Assembly (NCBI RefSeq): GCF_009914755.1
Contig: NC_060926.1
DNA from: the human T2T-CHM13v2.0 reference genome, Homo sapiens
Direction: 5' to 3' (one strand)
DNA: 64,000 bases
This document shows, one piece after another, positions 15,152 through 32,930 of this stretch. Numbering within the stretch: the first letter of the stretch is position 1; every line of letters starts with the position of its first letter. The notes under the pieces were generated by a model that had not been told where the DNA came from, ran no database searches, and was given only the letters and a program-made list of their open reading frames with translations. Made by a program: the position numbers and the translations under genes.

Positions 15152-15460
15152 GGCTGGGTGCAGTGACTCACACCTGTAATCCCAGCACTTTGGGAGGCCA
15201 ACGTAGGCAGATCACCTGACATCAGGAATTCGAGACCAGCCTAGCCAACATGGGTGAAACTCTGTCTCTACTAAAAAAATACAAAAATTAGCCGGGTGTG
15301 GTGGTGGGCAGCTGTAATTCCAGCTACTCAGGAGGCTGAGACATGAGAATAGCTTGAACCTGGGAGACGGAAGTTGCAGCGAGCAGAGATTGTACCACTG
15401 CACTCCAGCCTGGGCGACAGAGCAAGACTCAGTCTCAGAAAAAAAAAAAAAAGAAAGAAA
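15152..15460 (+). mobile_element. AluS element
   Basis: Full Alu dimer with A-tail. Confidence 0.92.
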
Positions 15461-15957
15461 ATTATAATCTGTGGTAGTTTTGATACTGGAAAAATGTGGT
15501 TGTTAAGTTGTAAATTTTTCTTCTGAGTTAAGATGAAAGAATGATGGAATGTAATCTATGTAACAAAAGCCAAATCTATATCTTTGTAAAAATAACTGAG
15601 ACGCATAGGAGAAAAGAAGTAAAAATTGTAAGAAGAAACTGAATTCACATATATGAAAAATATTTAGAATTTGTGTCTGAATGATACTGTCATTAGTTGC
15701 ACCCAATTTATTTGTTCACTATTAAAGCTAATTTCTTCATTAAATTGTTCTGTGATGAAAGCAATGAAATTAACCTTCAGATGTAAGTCATTATAGAATA
15801 ATAACACAGTACATTTACATAGGGAGCATTTTTGCTTCTCTACTGTGGGTAATTACATAGAAATAAAAAGGAGATTATATATTTTAAAAGGCAAATAGAA
15901 AACTTTGCATTTACACAGTGGAAAACCCAGCTAAACTTGGTATCACTTCCTTCTACA

Positions 15958-16430
15958 TGTGGTAGACAGGCTAATGGCCCCCCAAAGATGTCCACATCCG
16001 AATCTCTGGAACATGTGAATATGTTCCCTTACATGGCAAAGAGGAAGTCGGTTGCTAATCAGCTGATTTTGGATGGGAAGATCATCCTGGATGATTTGGC
16101 TGAGCCCAAGGCAATCACAAGGATCATTAAGTGGAAAGCGTTGAAGTGATTTGACTGAGAAAGACCTGCCTGGCCATGGCTGGCTTTGAATACAGAAGGG
16201 GCACGAGCCTTGGGTTGCAGGCAGCCTCTGGAAGCTGAGAAAGGTCAGGAAACAGACTCTGCCCCAGGGCTTCCAAAAAGGAACATAGTTCTGCCAACGC
16301 CTTGGTGTTAATCTGGTGAGTCCTCTTTTGGACTTCTGACCTCCAGGACAGTAACATGATAAATCTGGGTTACTTTAAGCCAGTAAGGTGTGGTAATTTT
16401 TTGCAGCATCAATACGAAACTAATACACCA
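15958..16430 (+). mobile_element. MLT1 (MaLR) LTR
   Basis: tgtggtagacaggctaatggccccccaaagatgtccac...gaaactaataca. Confidence 0.8.
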
Positions 16431-18399
16431 TCTAAAGGAAGTTGGATGGCAGCCCCACCCTTAGTCACAGGAGTGCAACACAACTGTGGTTACTGGCAGC
16501 TGCACCCCTGAAATGGCCAGCAAATGCAGCACCAGCTAGGCAAGAGGGCCCTGAGCACCCTGGGGACCCTGATGCATGCTGTCAATTGGTGAGAGGCTAC
16601 TTTGGTAAACAAGGGCTGTAGGAGGTGTTGCCCCTCCTCTGGGTAACAGATCTCATCTATTGTTGAGGCATCCACTTCCCTCTCACACGCAGCTTCAGGA
16701 ACCCTAGTCCATCCCCAGGTCCCGAGAACCTGGATTGCCTAAGCCAACCAGCATATTCCAGTCCCTGGCTATAGTGATGGATTCAGGGACCGGCACAACA
16801 GCAAATTTGGTCACGAAAGCTCAAGGAGCTGCTTGCTGAGGACTTCCAGAGTGGAAATCCCCCTAACTCTTCTTTGGAGTCTACCTGGAGAGATGCTCAC
16901 TTTTGTTGGACATAAACAGGGGAGGATCCGTACCTGGGGGGCAGCCACACTGGATTACAAAGGAGCCACCCTTAAAATGAAACAGACACCACAGGAGAGA
17001 GGGAGAGAGAAAAAAAATCTCATTTCGTTGACATTGTTTAGCCCCTAAGAAAATCCTTCCTCTGAATTTTTCAGTTAAGTGAACTGTTAAATTTCACAAT
17101 TCTTTAAGTCCATATGAGCTTACTTTTCTATTTCTTTCAACTGAAAGGTTGCTCACTAATTACAGGGCTTCAAGTTTCTGGAGCTCTGTTTGTCTCTGTT
17201 CTTAGATGTGGTGGAGGCGTGCCCACCTACTGTTAGATGTGTTAATAGCAATCAATGAGCTATTTTTCATAAAGGCAATAAAGAAGCACCCTGGGGTGTC
17301 CCTTTGGGCTCTCTACCTCCTGCAACTTGAGCGAGCTTACTTATTTCATTTGTGTTTCACTGGTGTGGGTGACCCTGGGAGCTGAAGGACATGGGCTGTG
17401 CTGATTGCATCTCTCCTTCAGGCCAGTGGACATTCTTTTGGGTATTTCTCCCCCTTTCACCTGACTTTAGAGTCAGCTACCCATGCCCTGTGAGGATGGG
17501 CAGCTTGTAAACCAAGAGGATTCAGGTCTCAAGGGTAGGACCAGAAAAGCCTGATCCAGGCTCTCAAAGTGGCCATCTGGGGAGCCCAGAGGGATGTCCT
17601 TCCTGCCTGAGGACCCTGGTGGAGAGTGGCAGGAGCTGTCCTGGACTGTGACGTCTGCCCTCCGGACCCTGACTGTGCTCACTCATCGAGGCTGGCCTGG
17701 TCCCCACCCAGCACTCAACAGGTGGCCTCTGCTGGGTGAAATGCTTGCATACCCAGCCAGGAGCTTCTTTTAACCTTTTTATTTTTATTTTTCCTATAAC
17801 AGGGCCTATAATGGTATGTGAAGATTCAATCTAGGGAGTCAAGGGATCAAATATCTGTTCTTAGCGGGTGGGTTTCATGCCCAAGGCATGGACGCCATTG
17901 TACTGGGGATTCCAGAATGCTTCTGAATTGGGAGAATGATCAGTCACAGCACTTTGTATGCAGCGGAGTGGATTACATGGACCTGAGGAGTCATAAAGGA
18001 CACAATAAGGCAGTGCTCTTGTACTCAAATGATCTCCAATTAAACGTGAAGCTTGCCTTCTGGATAGTTAACCTTCTCGGAGATAAGTAGTCCTTCTCTT
18101 GCTACAACAATTTCTTTTACACTCATATTTTTATGGGCTACAATTTTGTAAGAGCTTCACAAGGGATGCGTTTTTCTAAAAATACATGTAACCTTCCCAA
18201 ACACTTTATGTCTTGATAGTATATTTAAAAGTCTGTTTTATTTTTATGTGTTTGTGTTCAGTGGTAAAGAAAAATATTGGAGGAAAGGATGTATTACGTT
18301 TTTTGAGGATTTCAGAAATTATACCTATATATAAACATACTGAACAAATGACATTAAAATATTTGTTTAACCTTTGATTTTTTTATAATATAGAGAAAA

Positions 18400-18665
<266 letters not shown>

Positions 18666-18932
18666 TCAACTGGGAGAAGTTTCCTCTCCATAAAAGGCAA
18701 CTGGAAATCTGGGGAGCATCTTGGTTGTCACAGAAACCGGGTTGAGGGGCTCTATCTCCTTGCACTTGGTTGGCAGGGGTCAGGAATTCTAAATGTCCTG
18801 CAATGCATGGGACGATCTTACACAAGGAACTGTCCTACCCCAAATGCCAATAGAACCCATTGAGATATGTCACAAGGCTTTGTCTCTCCCTGATGTATCC
18901 AGCCAGATAGTAACAGAAGGAAGGTAGGTGTA

Positions 18933-19163
18933 GACCAGGCTTTCTCAACCTTGGCACGGTTGACATTTTGGGCTGGATGATTTTTTGAGGTGGAGGGCTG
19001 TCCTTCGCATAATAGAGTATTTAGCAGCATTCCTGGGCTCTACCTGCTAGATGCCAGCAGTACCTCCCACCCCAACCCAAGTTGTAACAACCAAAAAGGT
19101 CTCCAGACATTGCCAAATGTCCCTGGGGAGGAGTCTCTCAGCTCCCTGTTTGAGATCCACTGG
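18933..19163. mobile_element. MER20-like DNA transposon
   Basis: ttctcaaccttggcacggttgacattttgggctggatgatt...gtttgagatccactg. Confidence 0.8.
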
Positions 19164-20699
19164 TGGAAATGCAGGTAAATTTTTCGACTTAGTGGAGGGA
19201 GAGGAGTGAGTTGCCTCGTGTGATTTCGTACTGTGTCAAATAAGTATGGGTGTCATCTGCAACTGAGAGAGAATGAAGGGGAACGTTTAGGTTTGTTCTT
19301 TAAAAAAGGGCTCTTACTGGGGAAATGAAATGGGATGTTCTAGGCGTGCTGAGAATGCATGTGAGGATTCTTTTCATGAATTGAAAGGGGCAGCCTCAGT
19401 TTGGCCACATGGTTTCCCTGGGCAGACCTGAGCCACCTGGGTGCAGGAACAGAGGAGGTGGAAGCAGGGCTTAAAGGGGCTGGGTATGGCCAGGCAGGAG
19501 GCAAGAGGGTCAGAGGAGGTGTAGGTGGTCTCAGGGCAATCGTAAAGATAGACCATGGAGTCTAACCTGGGCAAAGAGAAAGGGGAGCCAGGACATGCTG
19601 ACGGGTGGGAGGATCGTGATGGGGGCAAAGGGTTGGCAGCTCCATGTGGTCCAAGCATGTTGCAGGAGGGTTGCACAAGCAAGAAGCGTAGGAGGCGTGG
19701 AATGGAAATTCTGGATGTGGTGCTTTTGCTAGCAAATCTGGAGTGTGGGTGGTGAGAACCTGGCTGGAGAAGCTGGAGTGTAGGATGCGCCTTCCACACA
19801 GTGCTGAAGGCAAGAACAAGAGGATGGCAGCAGAGAGGAAAATGGTGAGGCCTGCAGCTTCCACTGCCAGTTTTATTCCTGTTCCCTAGGGTAACCCTAG
19901 AACAAATAGGATTCTCCTGTTCGGTGCTAGCCTTTCCGGCATCTGCAGAAAGCACTGTGTTGTTCCTGAGACTGCTCCTTTCCAGGCTGGCTGCTTTCAG
20001 ACATCCCAGCTTGTCAATGTTCCTGTTAAATTATGGGATCCAGAACTGCCCTTGAAACTCCAGCAGGAGGTGAGCAAGGTTGGGGAGGCGTCTCACCTCC
20101 ACCACCCTCTACTCCATCCTCCTAGGGATGCTATCCACAATAGTTCCCTGATTCATCATCACAGGAAACCTATCAAAGAAAGGAATGGTCTTTGGTATGA
20201 CATCCTTCCCAACCAATATTGTCTGTAGGTGGTCACTTCTTCCTATTCTTAGGGCACAGAAAAAGCTTGTCTATTTTATTAATATCTTGCTTTTAGTTTT
20301 TATTTTATTTTACAGCATACCAGTATAATGCCTCATACTGTCCTAGTTAATTTTTTTCCCAGTTTTGTTCATCCTTCTTGGCACCATTTTCCTGGTTATG
20401 ACATTGGCTTCTCTTGACAAATTTCTATGTCTCCCATATATGTATTTTTCAGTGTCTCTCACTGTATCAAGCTTCCAGTTGGTTCAACCCCAGAATCCTT
20501 CCTCTGGCTTCCAGAACCCTTCCCCCTACTTTTCAGGGTATTGTGAAAGGTCAAGGAAGCAGAAACCTCCTACATAGAGTTCAGATAAAACCCCGCCCTA
20601 CCAGTAGACCCTTTTGGTCATTCACCCAATTGTTCATTCATCCACAGTTTCACAACCATTGTGAAATTAGATATAAGAGAAATAAGCAAATATAAATCT

Positions 20700-21110
20700 G
20701 CCCAAGTTATTATTCCCCAGTTTACGTTATTCCATCTTGTCTATGAGAATATGACCATGCAAGTTTCTTCGAATGCCTCAGGGAAATCCACAATAGTTTC
20801 CTAATTCATCATCTTAGGAAAACCATAAAAGAAAAGGATGGTCTTTTGACATGACATCCTTCCCAACCAATATTGCCTGTAGGTGGCCACTTCTTCCTAC
20901 TCTTAGGGCACAGAAACCATCTCTTCAACAGCCGTTCCAGAATCACTATGTAAGTTATTTGTGTTTACCCACAGATCCTCCCAACCTCTGATTTTTGAGA
21001 CTCTGAATGACGCTTGCCCATTTTCAGGCTGTTGATGTCTCTTTTACTCCTCAATTCAATGTTCCCATCCATGACTTCCCTGATTTCTCTGAATGAAATG
21101 TGTATTGTTC
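20700..21110 (-). mobile_element. Ancient L3/CR1 LINE fragment
   Basis: Degenerate similarity to the recalled reverse-complement L3 RT region (aaaagaaaaggatggtcttttgacatgac...cagaaaccatctcttcaacagccgttccagaat). Confidence 0.5.
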
Positions 21111-21126
21111 AGAAGCCTTGGACATA

Positions 21127-21779
<653 letters not shown>

Positions 21780-22267
21780 ATGTGTTTAACTGGAAGAGTG
21801 GTCCATTACATTTCCTTACTCATCTTGGGTTAGAATTTTCTCTTATCCAGTGTCAAATGTTGTGATTCAATAGACACTGGCCAGCCACACACAACAGATG
21901 GCACCAGAAAAGGGGGGATGTGGACCCACTTCCTGGACAGGAGAGCAACAGGCGTGTTCGAACAGTCCACTCTTGAGAGTCAAGGAACTGTCTAGCAAGA
22001 CGGTTCAATGTATGATGACCCCTTTCCTTTGAGTTTTCACATTTATGTATAACTTTGATATGCTGAGATTATATTAAAATTTATCTTCATCAATTGAATC
22101 TCACATGTGTTTGAGCCATTTTAATTTCTATATTTAAAACATTTGTATTATAAATAAGTGCAATCATGACACCTCTAACATACCAAAGAGGGCTGTAGCA
22201 TACATTAGAATAAATCACCATGTTTCTATCTCCAGTTGCACATCCATTTAAACTGTTACTTCCATCC

Positions 22268-23127
<860 letters not shown>

Positions 23128-23699
23128 TCATATGCAACCAATAAATGGCCCCACACTGTGCTCAAGGCTCTGCACTTGTTGAGGGCTGCAGACAGCAAGA
23201 AAGACGTGGTCCTGGCCTCTGGGGAGCTGCACTCCAGCAGGAGACACAGACACCAGACGGCTTGCCACGCAATTAGTGATTTCATCACCTGCTATTACAA
23301 CATGGAATCCTGAGAGTCAATGAAGTTCTGAGGGTCAATGAAGGCTGAACCCTAGAAAATGAGTAGGAATCAGATAAGGTGGTGGGCAGGGAAAGCACGC
23401 TAGACAAAAGTGCTTCCAACCCTCCTGAATGGGATTAGTGTCTTATAATAAAAGAGGCCCCAGAGAGTTCTCTGGCCCCTTGCCCCAAGTGAGGGCACAG
23501 TGAGAAGATGCCACCTCTGAACCAGAGAGCAGGTGCTCACCAGACACTAAATCTGCCTCAGCCTTGGCCTTCCACCCTCCAGAACTGTGGGAAATAAGTT
23601 TCTGTTGTTTCTAAGCCACCCAGTCTGTGGTATTTTGTTACTGTTATTTGCACAGACTGAGAGCCAAAAGGCCACTGGGACCAGGATAAAGACAAGGCA

Positions 23700-24290
23700 A
23701 GAGAGTGATGTCCGAGGCTGGAACTGTGCCGGGGTGGGCCATTTAGGCTTCGCAGGATATGTTAAGACTTTAGAACTTTCTCCAAAGAGCAATGGGAAGG
23801 ATTGAAGAATTTTAAGCTGGACAGTAGAATGATGAGACGGGTGTTTTGAAAATATCCCTCTGGCTTTAGAATGGAGAATGGGTTGATCCAGGGAGACCTA
23901 GTTGGGAGAATTTAGAATACAGTGAGTGATGCCAAGGGCTTGGGCCAGGGGGTGGAGAGAAGCAGTGAGTCGGGAGAAGCCTGGGAGGTAGAGCAGGTGA
24001 GCCCTGCAGACTGGGTGGGGGTGTGAGAGGGAGAAGGAGCCACAGCTGGCAGCTGAGTCTGCCATGCAGACAGGGAGCCCAGGTAGAGGAGGCCTCTGGG
24101 GAGGAGAAGAAGCGGGGTTCGAGGTGCCCAGGAAGCAGGTGGACTTGGGTCTAGAGCTCAGATGAGTGGTCTCAGCTGGGACTATACATTTGGGAGTCAC
24201 TGGCACATATGAATGGAGGTTTGAGGGTAGACTGGATAGAGCAGGAAGAGGTGTAGACAGAGAAGACACCACTGGCTCAAAAGAGCTTCT
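23700..24290 (-). mobile_element. L2 LINE fragment (an MLT1A fragment lies just upstream at ~23420-23660)
   Basis: Typical L2 motifs (aatgggaaggattgaagaattttaag...ccctctggctttagaatggagaatgg; tttgggagtcactggcacata). Confidence 0.65.
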
Positions 24291-27200
24291 CTCTCCCACC
24301 AATCTTCTACAGGCCGATAACTTGTAGGGGATTTAACACAAGCAGCTTGAAAGATGCGTATTTCCATGTGCGTCTTATACCTTCTCCCTCCCCTCAAAGG
24401 CAGATGCTCTCTTTTTTTCATATTTATCCGTGACGGTGTTTAGCATGGCTCGTTACCCAGCAGATGCTCAGTGAGTATTTGTCCACGCGAATGCTTTATT
24501 GGAATAGGTGGCCTGCATGGACCTGCGTGCACGTATTTAGAGCAAGTTTCATGTCTTGCCTCTGTTGCAGTGCAAGCCTATGATGGACATGATATTCGAA
24601 CAATTCAAATCAACTTAAAAAATACTTCTGTGTTTTTGTTGGTTCTGCATCAGTGCTTTCTGAAACGTGGTGGGGGTTCTCACTGCCTCTGGGATGCAGC
24701 TGATTCCACAGAGGCAGGGAATACAGTGGGTAACAGTCCGGCTCGGGAGCCAGGTTGCCTAGGAGTGAATCCCAGCCCTATGAGGATTTGGCCTGTGGAT
24801 CCTTAAGCAAGTCCTTCACACCCTCTGTGCCTCAGTTTCCTCATCTTTAAAAAGGTGCTAACAAGTGTACCTCTGTCTTGGGACTCTTATAAGAATCAGG
24901 TGAGTTATTTCTATAACTCTTCATGTATACCATATACTGTTCCTCCCTTTATACATAGGAGGGTTAGAGTATAAATAGGGCACTATTAATTTCCATCTTT
25001 TTTTCTGGTCTCTGCCATCCCAGTCCTGTGCAGAAGAAACACCTGTTACTGACCATAGCTACCATTTATTGGTGCTGAGAGTGTGCTCAAAACTTTACAC
25101 AAATTGAAACGTTTCATCCCCACAGTGGACCTAGGGTACTATTATTCCCATTTTAGGGTGAAGGAGATTGAGAATCAGACAAATTAAGTTTCTCAAAGCC
25201 AGGCAGATATTAATGGGAGGGCTTAGGACTCAAATTGATGATCCTCAAATTAGAAGCCCTTTTCTCTAATGTCGTGATCCTCTTATTTAACTGTGGATCA
25301 GGAGTACTCTGGCTGTTCCTTGAAAGTGCAGATCCGAAGGCCCTTATTTTCAGAGACTGCTGGAGCCCAGAATTGGCATTTTCAACAGAATCAGGTGGCT
25401 CTCCTGGGCTCAGGCTGCTCCTGAGCAGGGTTTAGTCATGCTGAAGCCCACCAAATGGTTCCAGAATCAAGCCCAGCAGGGTCAGGCTGGCCTCAGACCT
25501 GCTCCCAGGCCCTGAGCTAGCAGCCAGGCTGAGAAAGCAGGTGTCAGGGTCACCCCAGGGCCCTCTTGGCTCATCTTCAGGATCAGGTGATCCTCTGGGA
25601 CTGAAACGGGGCACGCTGGCAGCTCCCCGCCTGCTGAGGGTCTTGCTGCAGTGCTGACCTCTGATTGGAGGCCACTCTGAAACCACGTCTCAGATTCCTT
25701 CTGAGTTCCCTCTGCCATTTCTGCAGACACTGCCAGGACCTGTCCTGGGCAGGCAGATCTCTTGCTACTCAGCCCTGGGTCCCTGTGCCTCAGCCTGGAT
25801 GGCAGATGTCAAGAATAGACCCATGACCCCTGCCCCCTCCCCGTAGAGGCCTCCATGGACCAAAGGAAGCCTCAGGGGGTGCTCTGCCTTTTTTCTTTTT
25901 CTGCATCACGGAGGATCCAGGAGGTGCCCCCTAGTCTAATATGCGACACATGCTATGGAGTGACGCCCTCCCTGCAGTGCCTGTTCAACTGTCCTTTCCA
26001 AAAGCCTGCTATTCATCTCGTTAGAGATGCACCACAAACAATGCATTTAAAAAGGGACCTGCCTGCCATTTGAATGGGTGATTCATTTAAAGGGAAGAAG
26101 GTGGCTACAGGGAGAGCAGAGGCCAAAGGGAAAGGGAGGCTGAGCCAGGATTGGAACTGTCTGTAGAGACCACGCAGCAGAGAGCAGGATATGGTCATGA
26201 AGACTAACTGCTGCACTGTCCATTTTTCTGTCTTGCTATTCTCAGCCCCTCAGCCTCCTAGTCTGAACGATGAAAGGCAGGAGTGGATGGCCAGGGCCCT
26301 TCCAGGCCATAAATACTTCTAAGCACAATGGAGTCTCATCTTATTTTACAGGGGAAGCTTTGCTGCTTCGAGGGTCACACTGGCCAGCAGCCCCAGCTGG
26401 CCTTAGCTCTCCCCGTGCTGCAGAGACCTCAAGGACAAACAAGCAGGATGGAAGTGGCTGCACAAACCAAGGTCAGCAAGGCTGTCCTAGAAGACCAGGG
26501 AATGGTATGGGCTTTTCAGAGGGAGGAGCCTTGGACTGGGAAGTCCCAGGAGGCTGAGTCACAAGAGAGGAAGACAATGAAATCCTGGGGAATAAATCGG
26601 TGAGGGAACTCTAGTCCGTAGGACTAGAAAACTGAGATATAGTCTTAAGATGAGAAGAAAGAGGTAAAGAAGGGAGGGAACACCAAGGAGGAGCTTAGTG
26701 TCTTATTTTTGAAGGCCAGGTCAGGTTGGGCAGGAGCTGGAGATGATGGGTAGATGGATGGAAGGACTTACAGATGGGGAATGAGGATGTCAAGGTGGGG
26801 GAAATGGCAGCCACGCTGTGGAACCCTACTCAGCTCCCCTATTGTGGACAGCCTTGGTGTTAACTGTTAGGGGACTTTGTATATGTGGTCACGTGTTACA
26901 CCTTGTTGTCTTGATTCAAATGATGGTGACAAGTAAGCAAGGAGGCAAGAAGAGCCTGTGCCTTTAAGTGTTCACGCCTACGCATGCCTGGCTTATAGTA
27001 AGTGCTCAGTAAATCTCATCTGAAGGAAAAAAGTCTTATTTTCATCACAATATTTAATACGTTGTCTTGTACTCAGTATGCTTAATTGAATTGAGTTTAT
27101 CATTAGTATCTCCCTACCTCGTCTTTATACGTTTGGAGTAACAGCTTTCCCTCCCAAATTCCTTTCAGTTAATTGAAATCTTTTCTCATGTTTAGACACT

Positions 27201-27409
27201 TTCTTACCATTTCTACACACTAGAGAACTTAGGTACACTTCTTTGTCATCTCAGGAATGTTACTTTAATTATTTGCTTATCTGATGGGAAAAGCCCAGCC
27301 TATAAGCACAAAAGGACATTGACAGAGAACATGTGCAACTGGAATGTCAATATTGAATCCTCAGCAGTTTTCCTGCTTCTTCCAAGACAAAAGAAGAGAA
27401 AATTAGAGA

Positions 27410-28145
27410 AAGACACATAAACACAATATTTGCAAGTCATATATCTAAAAAGGTTCATATCTAGAATATATAAAGACTCTTACAACTCAACAATAAAAAG
27501 ATTACCAAATTTAAAAATGGGTAAAGGGTTTAAATAGACAGTTCCCCAAAGGAGACATACAAATGGCCAATAAGCACACAAAAGGATGCTCAGCATCGTT
27601 AGTCATGAGGGAAATGCAAATCAAAAACCACATCAAGATATTACTTCACACCCACAAGGACAGGTATGATAAAAAAGACAGACAATAACAAGTGTTGGTG
27701 AGGACAAAGGGCAATCAGAACCCTCATACATTTAGGAAAACAGTTGGGCAGTTCTCCAAAAAGTTAAACACAGTTACCATAAGACCTAGCAATTCCATTC
27801 CTAGGTATATACCAAAGTGAAATGAAATCATATACCTGCACAAAAACTTGTCCATGAATGCTCATAGCAGCATCACTTATGAGAGCCAAAACATGGAAAC
27901 AAATGTTCATCAACTCATGACGAATGGATAAATAAAAATGGATAAATAAAATGTGGTATATTCATGCAATGGAATATTACTCAGCCATAAAAAGGAATGA
28001 ATTATAGACACATGCTACAACATGATGAACCTTGAAAACATTATGCTAAAGTGGAAGAAGTCATTCATAGAAACCCATATATTAATGTCCAGAATAGGAA
28101 AATCCATAGAGACAGAAAGAAGCTTAATGATTGCCAGGGGCTAAA
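27410..28145 (+). mobile_element. L1M (L1MB-like) ORF2 3' end / 3' UTR fragment
   Basis: gggaaatgcaaatcaaaaccac, cctagcaattccattcctaggtatatacc, ggaatattactcagccataaaaaggaatgaa. Confidence 0.88.
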
Positions 28146-28559
28146 AGTCCTGAAATGAAACCCTTATGTCCATCTTAACAGCCCTGAAAGCTTTTTGGTG
28201 GATGTATATTTATGGGTGTCACATCCTCATCACTTATTTGTGTCATTTCTGCTTAAGATGGAGTCATGTCTAACAGATAAATAAAACATTGATAAGCTGG
28301 ATGGGGACAGGTGGTCAGAAGATGGAGGAAAAGGATAGTGCAATGGCAGAGGAACTACAATCATTAGTGAATTCATGAAATAGACAGGAACCACAGAGAC
28401 AAAGCTCAACAGAGTTGAAATAAAATTAGGGAGAAAGAAGTGACTGCAGGTTACTATGATATATGACCTCGGAAACCAGAGGAAGGTGAAAGAGAATACT
28501 TGAACACTGGCTCATCAAGCTTTCTCTTTACAAAGTTCTCTGACTCTTCCTAGACAGCT

Positions 28560-29095
<536 letters not shown>

Positions 29096-30909
29096 GACTC
29101 AGGTTAATGTTAGCTCTAGGAATACAGGAAGGTGCAGCAAAGAAGAGGTAACATGAATCAGAACACAGAGCAATTTATTTAAACTTATATGTTCCTTTCA
29201 AAAGGAATGAACAAGATTCAGTGAAGAGAAATTGGATTCAGTTTCTATAACCGATTAGGTCTGGGCCCTGGGCTTTGAAATGCACATTCTGTCTCAGGTG
29301 GATATAGACTCCAGACAGAGATACGTCTTGGCTCTTAGCAAGCCAGCTGCTGCAAGCAGGTGCTCACTGTGTGTTCGCTTGATCCAGCTCATCTAAAAAT
29401 GACTGAATGAATAGAGTGCTAAATCCAGTTCTAGGGGAACAAATCCCAGGCCTGCCTTTGGAATTAGATTGGTTTGAGGTTTTCATCTATCATTCCACAT
29501 TTTCTTCCTACCAGTATAGTTAAAAAGATGGAGGCTGGGGGAGGAGTGGCCACAGGCCATTTTCATTTCCAGAATCTCTTTTTACTTTTCACACAGAAGA
29601 AACAATTAAACTTGGTGCACCCTCATTTAGTTGTGTGCACTAAGGGTTTATCTTGAACCCACAACATAAAGGCAAACTGACCCGCCTGCTGACACCCTCC
29701 CCTCAGTTACTCTGCTTCACAGAAGCAGTTCCTCTTCCTGTTGATGTGTCTGCAGTATAAGGGACTGCCTATGAGATAGGGCAGGGATTACATCTACGTC
29801 CCCGCACACTATCCCAGTTTCTCTGGTGTGAGCAGTCCCTCTCTGGTGTGTGATTCCTCAGTGCTAATTTGCATCTTCAATATGCGCCCCTACAAGCAAG
29901 TTGTTCCGAGGGATCCTCATTTCTGAGAGGCTTCCATTCTAGGTCTCATTGAGGCCCACTGGGCTTCAATCCATTCCATGGTCTGGCACCTCCCCTCAGA
30001 AACTAGATTCCTTTGCAAACTGGAATCTATTCAGTTTGCAAAACCACACCGAGGCCTGTCAATCAAAGGGCTCTGCCAAGAGCCACTGGTCATGGTGGGG
30101 CAGGGACGCCTTCATCCTGGGGGAGTAAGAAGGGGTGTGGCCCGTGGCCATCTTTCATTAAGAGCCTTTGGAGGAAGAGGAAAAAGTACTCCTGGATCCT
30201 CCTTTCTTGATAATCAAACCAGTCTACCTAGGAAACTAGCATGTGTCCAAAACTATCAATAGGAATGTTTTCAGGAGCCCTCAGGAGTGAGGTGGCTGAG
30301 TGCCCTCTGTGGCACCCCAGGAGGCCGAGCTCTGCTTCTCCGAACTCCAGTGGTCAGACCTGCTCACGTCTAGGCATTTCCTCGGGACCACCCTACCCCA
30401 GGATGGGGTGGGGTGCGGCACATTCACCTGACACCGAGCCACCATTCTGGCTCCAAGGCTGTGTCTCTCCCCTGAACTAGTGAAAGGGCTGACAGTGTTT
30501 TACTCCTGGACCTGCTCCCAGCTGCTTATCTGAACCATTGCTCTGCAAGGGCCTATGCTGTGGCTGCACCCCTTCCTCTCCACAGTCACTGGGGCCTTGG
30601 ACAAGTCGTTACTGACTGTATTCAAGGGGGTGGATCTCAGAAGGCTGTCAAGGCAGGCCTGTCGGCAGTTTCAGCTTTCAGCTTTGCTGGGCTGTGCTGT
30701 TTCAACTGTCGCGACATGGGCATCTGCAAAGCTGCTGTCATGCTGTGGAAGCTCTGATCTTTTTGATGGAATACTTTAAACCCATGCATACATTTATGTA
30801 GTCGGGAGACACCTGTCCATGCTTATGTTATTGAAGGAAAGGGAAACTGGTGTCTGCCTCTTCGCCTCTGCTTTCTTGTGCCATTCAACTTACAACAGGG
30901 AGGAAATAA

Positions 30910-31960
<1,051 letters not shown>

Positions 31961-32624
31961 GAAATGTTTTTATTTCAGGAAAAGCATCTGATAAAACCTC
32001 TTTGGGTTTCATTTACATCCTGATCTTCAAAATGAAAATTGATCCAATACGATCAGGGAGAATATCACCCCACAGACGAGTCCTCCCCGGTCCCAAAGGC
32101 TTGCTGCCCTGATTCACCAAGAAGGTGCGAACCTAAAACTCATGCTATTCAAGGCTGCATGCTCTGTAAGGGAAGATATTGCAGGGAAAGAGACATTTTT
32201 GGGTGGCCTTTCTTTGTCAATCAATATTGATTGAATTTTCACAAAGTAGATTTCTTGGCTGAGCATAAATTCATTTGGTCAAGGGGCATGCGTCCATGCT
32301 TATGCCATGGAGGGAGAGGGAAATAAAGAGGAGAGGGCGTTGCTGATTGCAAGTGACTCTTTTAAACTAGACAGTTATTCTCCATTTGCCATTTTAACCT
32401 GAGCTGGGAAATAGATTCCCACCCCTAATTCATCTCATTAATTAAATGAAGGCATCACAGCACCCAGGAGTAAACAGAATAATTGGATAAAACAGACTTT
32501 AAATAAACTAACAATTATTAGGCAAGACATGTTGGTAGGCTCCGACTTGTATGGGTATGATGCCTGACAAGTGGAAAAGCCACCTTCCTTTCATGGCTTT
32601 TTAGACTAATCTTTTAGTATTTTA

Positions 32625-32930
32625 AAAATATTTAATTGTCAAATAAAGATTGAATATATTCAACATATGCAATGTGATGATTTGATGTTCATATATATTG
32701 TGTGAGCATGGCCACAATCAAATGAATTCACACATCCAACCCATGCTGTACGTTAGATCCCCAGAACGTGTTTGTCTTCTAACTGAAAGTCAGCACCCTG
32801 TAATCAACATTTCCCCATTCCCCTCTCTCGCCTGGTCCCTGGGAACCACCATTCTGTTGTCTGCTTCTATGAGTCGACTTATTTAGATTCCACATATAAG
32901 TGAGATCATGCGGGATTTGTCTTTCTGTCA
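32625..32930 (-). mobile_element. L1MA-like 3' end fragment
   Basis: ccattctgttgtctgcttctatgagtcgacttatttagattccacatataagtgagatcatgc. Confidence 0.85.

Noticed and set aside
19374-19955. 193-aa minus-strand ORF
   Set aside because: Non-ATG start, no recognisable domain, no supporting splice structure; lies in probably old repeat-derived intronic DNA.
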